Shown here in pieces: positions 8,844-16,817 of a DNA stretch of 21,222 nucleotides. Positions within the stretch are counted from its first letter, which is position 1. Every line of letters begins with the position of its first letter. A model generated the notes under the pieces. The model searched no databases and was not told the origin of the DNA. It saw nothing but the letters and a program-made list of their open reading frames with translations. The stretch covers positions 1 through 21,222 of the forward strand of contig JBHLPW010000029.1 of the NCBI GenBank assembly GCA_048939015.1, given 5' to 3'. The position numbers and the translations under genes are program-made. The stretch comes from Promethearchaeota archaeon (GTDB taxonomy: Archaea > Asgardarchaeota > Lokiarchaeia > Sigyniarchaeales > SOKP01).

Positions 8844-9353
8844 ATATAAAACATTATAATTATTTATTTTTATATACTTAAATGTTTTGTAAAGATTTAA
8901 ATCTTTTTTAAAAAGTGAATTTTATTTTATTAATTATAATGATATCTTATTATTAAGCTATAATTGTGTATTTTTTAACAATTTAAAAAGAGTATTAATA
9001 AGAATTATGATAAAATATTATAAAGAAATCTAAATAGTTATATAAGTATATAGATATCTATAAAATATGATAAAAAATAACAATAAATTTATAAATGAAA
9101 ATTTCGATTTATATTATATTTATGCTATTTAGATATTTTATTATTAAAATTTTTACAGGAAATAAAATCCTAATGCCAAAGAAAGAAAAAATATGTAGTT
9201 CTTAGCAGTAAGTCCTAAATTATTTAATAATTCTGGAAAAAAATAAATGTCTAAATAATAGGGTTGTGTGTGATACATAAAGGGTGTTTTACAACACCCT
9301 TTATCTAAAATAAAAAAAAAAATGCTTGAAAAAATATTAAAAGATGTGTTCTA
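8844..9353. promoter_or_regulatory. AT-rich divergent promoter / candidate replication origin upstream of cdc6
   Basis: 510-bp non-coding AT-rich stretch next to orc1/cdc6. Contains the palindrome TATAGATATCTATA (9049-9062) and a 12-bp IR (9277-9304). Confidence 0.5.
9277..9304. repeat. Perfect 12-bp inverted repeat ATAAAGGGTGTT-TTAC-AACACCCTTTAT
   Basis: Read directly from the sequence. Ends about 50 bp before the cdc6 ATG. Confidence 0.9.
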
Positions 9354-10592
9354 ATGGAAAAAAATTCGATTAAAAAGTTTTCATTTGAGAATGCTTTTAA
9401 TAATTTGCTAAGAAATCCCTCATTATTTATAGATGAACGATTCTTCAATGCAAATTACCCTGTTGAAATAATTCACAGGTCAGATGAATTAAATGAACTA
9501 TTATTTTCCTATCAAAATTTAATTCTAAAACCAGAATCATCAAAAGGAATTAACCGATTTGTGGTTGGAAGAAATGGAGTAGGAAAGACAGCAACAATTA
9601 GGTTTTTTTGTGAAGATTTTATCGAAAAAGCTTTAGACTATAATGTTAATCTTAAATATATACATATTAGCTGTAAAAGAGAACAAACATGGTACAAAAT
9701 TTTAATTACTATAATTAGAAATTTTGAACCTCGATTTCCAAGTCGAGGACATGCACCACAGGAAATACTTGACCTTCTTGAAGACTATTTGATTACACAT
9801 AATTTACATCTGTTAATTGTATTAGATGATCTTGATTATTTATTAAAAAAGGATTGTACCACTTTATACTGTCTTACACGTATAAATGAAGGATTAAGCG
9901 ACTACTGTAATTTAATTTCCATCATTGCTATTGTGAAAGAAATACCATTACAACAAAGTTTTTTTAAGGAAATTCGTCCATACTTTCATGGTAAGGATAT
10001 TGAATTTGAAAACTATACTAAGTATGAGATCTATAATATCCTAAATTATAGGATAAAGAGAGGCTTAAGTCCGAATGTTATGTCTAATGATTTAGTTGAA
10101 AAAATTGCAGAAGTTGTTCATGATAAAGAAGATATACGTTATGGGTTAAATCTTATATGGGAGGCGACAAAATTGGCAGAAAGTAAACACCAAAGACAAA
10201 TAACATATGAATGTATTAATTTGGCTGAAAATAAAGGATCTTACATTTCTGTTGCAAATTGTTTAGAATCTATGAGTGCTGATAAACTACTATTGCTATT
10301 AAGTGTTATTAGGACTCTATATGATAATAAAGGTTCTTATACATATGTCAATCCTGTAATTGAGACCTATATTTCTCTTTGTAAAATAGCAGGGCTTACT
10401 CCCAAAAGTTATGCTCAAATCTGGCATTATTTACAAAATTATAAGAACTATCATTTGATTTCTGTTACAGCAGAAAGTGAAGGTATAAGGGGGAGAAAAA
10501 ATAAAATAACCATCCTTAATGATTCCATCTCAAAATTTGAGCAAGAAGTAATGTCTATTTTGGAATCTAAAGGAATTCTGATTGAATCATAA
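9354..10592 (+). CDS. cdc6: Orc1/Cdc6-family replication initiator (AAA+ plus C-terminal wHTH), divergent
   Basis: HRSDELNEL, Walker A GRNGVGKT, Walker B IVLDDLD, FENYT...IL..R, sensor-2 DIRYGL, winged-helix GIRGRK. Confidence 0.93.
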   Translation: MEKNSIKKFSFENAFNNLLRNPSLFIDERFFNANYPVEIIHRSDELNELLFSYQNLILKPESSKGINRFVVGRNGVGKTATIRFFCEDFIEKALDYNVNLKYIHISCKREQTWYKILITIIRNFEPRFPSRGHAPQEILDLLEDYLITHNLHLLIVLDDLDYLLKKDCTTLYCLTRINEGLSDYCNLISIIAIVKEIPLQQSFFKEIRPYFHGKDIEFENYTKYEIYNILNYRIKRGLSPNVMSNDLVEKIAEVVHDKEDIRYGLNLIWEATKLAESKHQRQITYECINLAENKGSYISVANCLESMSADKLLLLLSVIRTLYDNKGSYTYVNPVIETYISLCKIAGLTPKSYAQIWHYLQNYKNYHLISVTAESEGIRGRKNKITILNDSISKFEQEVMSILESKGILIES

Positions 10593-10634
10593 ACTTTTCA
10601 AATTAAAATCTATGACAATAGAAGGAGATATAAA

Positions 10635-10922
10635 ATCCAAGTTCAAAAAAAGAATGCTGAAATATTGTTAGGTTCACGAGCAAGAGTTAAAATCTTAAAG
10701 ATTCTAGCATTTAATGAAGAATTAGCAATCTCTCAAATAACCAAGAGGACAAAATTGAATCATGCATGTGTTCTAAGACATTTAAACTATCTGAAATCCG
10801 TAAATTTAATTCAGGAAAAAAGATTTGGACGGATAAGAATTTTTAGATTTAAAATAGAAAATATGAAGGCGAAAAGTTTTAAGAAATTTATAGAAATCTG
10901 GGAAGATATCCAAAAGGCTTGA
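10635..10922 (+). CDS. ArsR-like winged helix-turn-helix regulator
   Basis: LGSRARVKILKIL...LAISQITKRTKLNHACVLRHLNYLKSVNLIQEKRFGRIRIF. The ORF-track start is TTG at 10665; an SD-positioned in-frame ATC lies at 10635. Confidence 0.85.
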   Translation: MQVQKKNAEILLGSRARVKILKILAFNEELAISQITKRTKLNHACVLRHLNYLKSVNLIQEKRFGRIRIFRFKIENMKAKSFKKFIEIWEDIQKA

Positions 10923-10950
10923 ATTTTAGCTAAAAAAGAATAAAGGGTTT

Positions 10951-11790
10951 ATTGAAATTACAACATTAAAATCAATAATAGAATATATTGAAAAAGAATT
11001 TGTATTAAATATCAATACTTTTTGTAAACACTTTCAAGGTATTCAATTTGGATTTGAATTAGATAATAGAATTATAAAAAAAGCGCTGATCACAATAGCA
11101 CCTACACTGGATTCATTAAAAGAAGCCTATAAGGAAAAGATAAATTTAATTCTTTCTTATTATCCTTTATATGAACACCCCACTCTCTCACTTAGGGAAG
11201 ATATTTCCCAAAGATTAGCACTACTCTCCTCTAACCGGACAATTCTATATGTATTAAATTCTGCTTTTAATTCTGTTGAAAATGGATTTATTGATATTTT
11301 AATAAATAAATTACAGTTGGTAAAGGAAGGTGTGTTTCAAATTGAAGATCAAAATTATCGAAAAATTCCGATAGGTAGAATATGTAGCCTGCAGAGTATT
11401 AGAAAGCAAAAAACCCCCTTAACCCTTTTTGACCTACTAACAAGAATTGGAAATTTTCTTAGTACAGAATGTCATAGATATATTGGTAATTTAAAGCAAA
11501 AAGTTAAAAAAATATGCATAATCGAGCAAATTTCAGAAGAAATTATTTCAATAATAAAGAAATATGGGTGTCAATGTTGCATTACTCGGGATATTAACTA
11601 TAAAGAAGCATTATTTGCCAGAGATTTAGATATAAGTCTTATTGAAATTGCTCATTATCCTGAAATTACTGTTTTTAATGAATTATGCAACCTGTTATCA
11701 CTTGAATTTCCTTATGTTGAATTTTCCTTTTATGATTTTGAGACTCCTTTTTCTTATTTTCATAACAAAATTAATGATAAAAGGAGGTAA
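10951..11790 (+). CDS. NIF3/YbgI-like (dinuclear metal centre family) protein, degenerate; start extended relative to ORF track
   Basis: Frame open from 10930. Includes GIQFG...IKKALITIAPTLDSLKEAYKEKINLILSYYP (NIF3 N-terminus) and ISLIEIAHYPE (C-terminus). No ATG/GTG/TTG before 11317; ATT at 10951 assumed as start. Confidence 0.8.
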   Translation: MEITTLKSIIEYIEKEFVLNINTFCKHFQGIQFGFELDNRIIKKALITIAPTLDSLKEAYKEKINLILSYYPLYEHPTLSLREDISQRLALLSSNRTILYVLNSAFNSVENGFIDILINKLQLVKEGVFQIEDQNYRKIPIGRICSLQSIRKQKTPLTLFDLLTRIGNFLSTECHRYIGNLKQKVKKICIIEQISEEIISIIKKYGCQCCITRDINYKEALFARDLDISLIEIAHYPEITVFNELCNLLSLEFPYVEFSFYDFETPFSYFHNKINDKRR

Positions 11791-12295
11791 TCAAAAATCG
11801 ATAATATAATATTTATTCATTGATGTAAAGAAATAATCAAACTTTCAAACTTTAGGAACTATGAATCTTTAATTCATAATTATATTCTGGATGACTAACC
11901 TAATAAATATGATATTCTGAGTGATTTGGTGGATGATTTTAATAATTTATGAAATAGCAAATCTTTTTTATTTAATTGTTTTTTCATGGGTGATACAGGA
12001 TATGGAAATACAATTTTAAGTTCAAAAAAGTTCATTTCATTATCCTTTTTCCTAATTTTGAAAAACTAGAAGAATCTATCGAATTTTTATCTGAATTTGG
12101 CAACTTTTTTAAAGAAGGAAGGTTAAAAATTTGCAATTCTCCTGAAAAGGGCATTTTAGGGTTAAAATCAATAGATGGGGACATTTTTAAGTATTTTCAT
12201 CTTCCATAGTTCAATAAATTCATTATTGAAATGTGTGATATTAATAAATTAAGATTTAATCTATTTATTCATAGCAAAATTCTTTTAAATAAATC

Positions 12296-13786
12296 ATGGC
12301 ACAAAAGAAAAAATATTATAAAATAAAATACCCTTCTAATAACGAGGAATTTCAATTTAGATATAAGGCTGATTTTTACACAGTTAATCCAAGTTTTTGG
12401 GATTCTTCAGGAATGAAATTTGACAATGAACAGCGTATGTTTTATGGTCCTATTCCAGACACAGATATCCCAACTGTGTTAACAGGAACAAAGTTCTTAG
12501 TACAAGACAAATATTACGATCATCCTGCTGTAAATTCATTTGTAAGCAAGATAATTACTAAATTTCCAATCCCTATGAAGGAAAGCTTTGATCATGATTT
12601 AGCCGTTTCTTTTGCAGGAGAAGATCGAAAAATTGTTGAAATAATTGCTACACAACTATTTCTTAATAATGCTAATGTCTTTTATGACAATTTTTTTAAA
12701 TCAGATTTAGTTGGAAAAGATCTATCAGATTATTTTAAAGAAAAATATGGAGATAAAAGTAAATTTGTTGTAATTTTTCTCTCTAAATATTACCTTCATA
12801 AAGATTGGACTAATTTTGAATATGAAATAGCTCGTGATGAGGCTAGAAGAAGAAAAGAAGTTTTTATATTACCAGTTAGATTGGATTATACGATTTTTCA
12901 TGGATTAAAAAGAACAATTGGATTTATTGATTTTCAAAAAGAAAAAACTAATGGAACAATCCGATTACTATTAGAAAAAATTAATTTGCCATATAATGTT
13001 AAATTAAGAAAAATAAAAGAAATTAAGGAAATAGAGAATCAATATATACTCATAGATAATAATGATTCTCAAATTAAAGAAATTGAGGATAAAATAAAAG
13101 CAGAATCTAAGAATAAAATAGAGATTTTATATGAAATACCTCAAACATTATCGCCTTTTGATGATAGAGTTGATATCATTAAGAATATCATAAGGAATTT
13201 GATGATAGAATTCTTTAAGGAAGGAAAACTAAATGGTAATTTTGATAACAATAAAAGTGAGAGAATTAAAAATCTTATTACAGTTATTAATGGATTTGAT
13301 AATACTTTTTATACACAATATTTAAGGAATGGAATATCACCAAATTACAATAAATTATCACGATTGTTTTTTGGTTGTTCACGTGAAAATTTTGAAAAAA
13401 GGTTAATAGAGAATGAGATTCAGAAGGACAAAATTAACAGAGATCCTTTCATATTAGCAGGTGATTTAGCATTAGAAATACTAATTCAATATGAAAATGA
13501 TCCAGAGAGATCCACATTTTTAGTAAAAGATATTCATTGGGCATTATATTATTCAATTGAAAGAAACAGATTCTTTCAAGAACCTCTGCGGGGTATTTTA
13601 GAACCGTTGAAGATATTAAAAAATTATGGTTTGATAAAACTGAGGGGAGAGGATTATAAAACTACTGATGATTTGACGGAATATCAAGTGCCTAATGTCT
13701 TAAGACTTAAAGACTTTATAAATTGGAAATCTATAAATTTCTTACTAAATAAAGTGGAAAATTATAGAATGACTGATTATTCTTAA
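12296..13786 (+). CDS. TIR-domain protein (putative NADase/signalling defence protein) with unknown N- and C-terminal regions
   Basis: DLAVSFAGEDR...VFYD...GKDL...FVVIFLSKYYLHKDWTNFE (catalytic Glu)...ILPVRLD...GL..TIGFID. Confidence 0.9.
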   Translation: MAQKKKYYKIKYPSNNEEFQFRYKADFYTVNPSFWDSSGMKFDNEQRMFYGPIPDTDIPTVLTGTKFLVQDKYYDHPAVNSFVSKIITKFPIPMKESFDHDLAVSFAGEDRKIVEIIATQLFLNNANVFYDNFFKSDLVGKDLSDYFKEKYGDKSKFVVIFLSKYYLHKDWTNFEYEIARDEARRRKEVFILPVRLDYTIFHGLKRTIGFIDFQKEKTNGTIRLLLEKINLPYNVKLRKIKEIKEIENQYILIDNNDSQIKEIEDKIKAESKNKIEILYEIPQTLSPFDDRVDIIKNIIRNLMIEFFKEGKLNGNFDNNKSERIKNLITVINGFDNTFYTQYLRNGISPNYNKLSRLFFGCSRENFEKRLIENEIQKDKINRDPFILAGDLALEILIQYENDPERSTFLVKDIHWALYYSIERNRFFQEPLRGILEPLKILKNYGLIKLRGEDYKTTDDLTEYQVPNVLRLKDFINWKSINFLLNKVENYRMTDYS

Positions 13787-14050
13787 TCCTAATCTTTTAT
13801 TCCTTTATTAATTTTAGTCGTGAGAATCTGCTAATAATATGCAATTCTTATTATATTATATACCCATTAATTCTCTAGTTCAATATTTATTTCATAAGAG
13901 TTCAAACTCTAAATTTTTTTTTTAAAGTGGAACTAGTATACACCATTAGTTTATGGTTTTTTTACAAAAAAAATTTTAATTCTCGATAAATTAGTAACAT
14001 CTATGACTTATCTCACTCCTCTAAAATTATGAGGTTTTTGACTTCGTAAT

Positions 14051-14070
14051 ATCTGGGATATCTCCCAGAT
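14051..14070. repeat. 8-bp inverted repeat ATCTGGGA-TATC-TCCCAGAT
   Basis: Read directly. Lies between the convergent TIR and nuclease genes, inside a possible decayed minus-strand wHTH fragment. Confidence 0.6.
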
Positions 14071-14242
14071 TTAAAAATCTTATTTAGTTCTTTTTCCTTC
14101 AAAGTAGCTAATATCCTTCTAAGTTATAGATTCATATTATTTCTAAAAAACTCACTTTTGGATTATAATCTATTGAGGAGAGTATTGAAACAGCTAGGAT
14201 TTATTAAAAGATAAATAATTGGTCCTATGTCAATTTTAATAA

Positions 14243-14710
14243 TTATCTTTTCAGAAAGAGTCTACTAAGGTTATCATTCCATCCAATTGTAATGCAATCT
14301 TTAATATTTATTGCTTTAAAGGGTTCATGACTTTTTCCACTTATTTTTGTGGGGACTTTTTCCTGTATTTCAGAGAGACTAATCCAATACCATGTCCTAT
14401 ATCTACAACCTTCATTAGAATATGCTAACCAAATTGGGATTTTAAATAATCGTTCAAATGAAGCATATTTCATTAGTTCTTTTTTTTCATCCAAAATGAA
14501 ATCCTCATAATTCTCATTCATTTGACCATACTTTATATCAACTGCAATTAGACCTATTGAAGGCAATATTATTAAAAAATCAGGTCTTTTAGCTGTAATG
14601 TTCCTAAATAGCGAAGCATAAGTCTCAGGGGATTGTTCGATAAATAGATAACCATAATTCCTAGAATCCAACCATTCTTGGAACTTTAATTCAACTTCAT
14701 TTAATGTCAT
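14243..14710 (-). CDS. PD-(D/E)xK superfamily nuclease (restriction endonuclease / Hjc-like)
   Basis: N-terminal helix Glu (EVELKFQEWL), then RPDFLI and AVDIKY catalytic motifs. Confidence 0.8.
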   Translation of the reverse strand: MTLNEVELKFQEWLDSRNYGYLFIEQSPETYASLFRNITAKRPDFLIILPSIGLIAVDIKYGQMNENYEDFILDEKKELMKYASFERLFKIPIWLAYSNEGCRYRTWYWISLSEIQEKVPTKISGKSHEPFKAINIKDCITIGWNDNLSRLFLKR

Positions 14711-15017
14711 TTTTTACATTTTAGTATAGCTAATAATTTTGATTTTTAATATTAGTAAATATTTAAAGACAAAGAGTCTTTTAGTTTTCTATTTTATCAA
14801 TATTTTGTTGAGTATACCTATTCAAAAGTATAATACTATACTTATAAAAAGAGACTTGTCTACAGAATACCATTAAAAACAAAGTAGAAAAGATTTTATG
14901 TTAAAAATTTGAGAAGAAGCTATAATAATAGCCTTGTCTTTTTCTTTTATTGATATCTAGAAATTATTTTGTGTGATAAAATATGTTGAAAATTATAAAA
15001 ACAGGTGTAAAAAATAT

Positions 15018-15284
15018 ATGAAATATAATCAATGTCAAAATGATATTATTCAATATATAATAGATTATTCTGAAAATCCGATTGGGAAACTAACTCCTAA
15101 CGTTGATGTTTTTGAACATACATTTCATGAGAAATATACCATTCTAGAAATTGAGGAAAGTACTAGAGAGCTAATTTCTAATGGAATTCTGAAAACATAT
15201 AGCTTTCATTCATATCTAGATTTTACCGAAAAATTTAAAACTAGCAGTGACTATAAGTTATTTAAAGATAAAAAAAAAATATAA
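15018..15284 (+). CDS. Small hypothetical protein, possible winged helix
   Basis: ATG at 15018 with AGGTG at 15003-15007 (ORF track uses GTG 14973). EIEESTRELISNGIL has a helix-wing pattern. Confidence 0.6.
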   Translation: MKYNQCQNDIIQYIIDYSENPIGKLTPNVDVFEHTFHEKYTILEIEESTRELISNGILKTYSFHSYLDFTEKFKTSSDYKLFKDKKKI

Positions 15285-15294
15285 GTGGAGGATT

Positions 15295-16182
15295 ATGGAA
15301 AAGTTTCTATCAAAAGGTATTTTAAATACACCAGAAGAGGATTTAAATTTAAAAACTGTACATAAAATATATTTCCAAGATGCTATTAATATTAAGAATC
15401 TAAAGGGAAAATCTGTGCATTTAGTCGTCACTTCTCCACCATATTGGAAAATAAAAGATTATGGGAATCAAAATCAGATTGGTTATAATGATTCTTTAAA
15501 CTCTTATTTTGAAAAACTTAATAGAATCTGGAAGGAATGTATTAGAGTTTTATATCCTGGTTGTAAAATTTGTATTAATATTGGAGAACAATTTTTAAGG
15601 GCTATTAAAAACAAAAGAGTATATCAAGTTGTACCGTTGCATTCACTATTGATAAACAATATTTTACGAGACTTCGGAGACAAGGTTGTTTATCTTGGCT
15701 CGATTAACTGGAATAAAGTCTCTACTTCAAATACCTCTGGAGGAGGTCACATAATGGGTTCGATTTATTATCCCAGAAATGGTTATTTCTTCATAAATAG
15801 AGAATATATTGTGATTTTTAGAAAGTTAGGCAAAGATCCAAGACCGGACCATCTTTTTAAGGAAAAATCATATATTTCTTTAGAGGAGTGGAGAGATTTT
15901 TTTAGGGATTCATGGAATTTTCCAGGAATTAATCAAGAAGATCATGATGCAATGTTCCCAGATGAATTGCCACGAAGATTAATAAGAATGTATTCCTTCG
16001 TAGGAGATACTGTATTAGATCCGTTCTTGGGATCTGGAACTACAAGTAAGATAGCTTCTAAATTGGGCAGAAATTCTATAGGATATGAAATCGGTTTTAA
16101 TCGGGATAATTGGAAAGAAATAATAAGAAAAAAAATAGAATCTGGAAATAAAAATTATCCGGCAAAATTTATCTACATATAG
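15295..16182 (+). CDS. Beta-class amino (N4-C/N6-A) DNA methyltransferase
   Basis: Motif IV VVTSPPYW precedes HDAMFP and motif I VLDPFLGSGTT...SIGYEI. ATG at 15295 follows GGAGG. Confidence 0.95.
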   Translation: MEKFLSKGILNTPEEDLNLKTVHKIYFQDAINIKNLKGKSVHLVVTSPPYWKIKDYGNQNQIGYNDSLNSYFEKLNRIWKECIRVLYPGCKICINIGEQFLRAIKNKRVYQVVPLHSLLINNILRDFGDKVVYLGSINWNKVSTSNTSGGGHIMGSIYYPRNGYFFINREYIVIFRKLGKDPRPDHLFKEKSYISLEEWRDFFRDSWNFPGINQEDHDAMFPDELPRRLIRMYSFVGDTVLDPFLGSGTTSKIASKLGRNSIGYEIGFNRDNWKEIIRKKIESGNKNYPAKFIYI

Positions 16183-16200
16183 TTTTTCAGATTACTTCTT

Positions 16201-16599
16201 CTAAAGGTCTAGACTATTTCCTTCCTCTTCATAATCGGAATTATCGATAATTTCTCCAGTTAACTCTAATTCTTCATCCTCATGTAATCTAAAATAAGAT
16301 GCGGCTATATAGGCTTTCCTATCTGTAATTTCTTGAATTCTTGAGTCTAAAGATTTAAGTGTCTCACGTAATTCTTGTTTAGTTTCAATAAGATAGTAAC
16401 CTAATGCTGGGTTTCCTGAAATAGGAAGATGGTATTTCTTCAGGGTTTGTGTTATTAAAGTTCTAATTATTACATTTGAAGGCCCAGGATCTATTCCTAT
16501 TTGAGATGCAATTTCAGGAGATTTAATTGCATTCTGCTTTCCACTATGATTTAAGAGAATTTCTTTTATTTGTTCATGTTGGGACATTTGTCTTTTCAC
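16201..16599 (-). CDS. Winged-HTH protein of the type common in mobile elements, with coiled coil and acidic tail
   Basis: HSGKQNAIKSPEIASQIGI...IRTLI...LPISG...GYYLIETKQEL...LDSRI. Confidence 0.75.
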   Translation of the reverse strand: MKRQMSQHEQIKEILLNHSGKQNAIKSPEIASQIGIDPGPSNVIIRTLITQTLKKYHLPISGNPALGYYLIETKQELRETLKSLDSRIQEITDRKAYIAASYFRLHEDEELELTGEIIDNSDYEEEGNSLDL

Positions 16600-16817
16600 A
16601 CTCTTATATTTATTGAAATAAAATTAAGATCTATATTATATAACTAGTTCATTTTTTATTAAAGCTTGTTGTTAAACTTCTATTTCAATTTTAGCATTTA
16701 AAGCCTAAAGCTTTAAGATTAATAATACGAGGTAATAATGGAAATCAAAAGAATAATATTTTAATACCAGTAAGATAATCTTATCATTAGTAATGAAAGA
16801 ATTTCCAGGTAACTATA

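Noticed and set aside
8844-9353. Canonical ORB boxes
   Set aside because: Only vague partial matches (e.g. TTACAGGAAAT near 9154); no repeated ORB with a G-string.
12296-13786. Thoeris, CBASS or SPARTA assignment for the TIR gene
   Set aside because: No ThsA, cyclase or Argonaute partner in the window.
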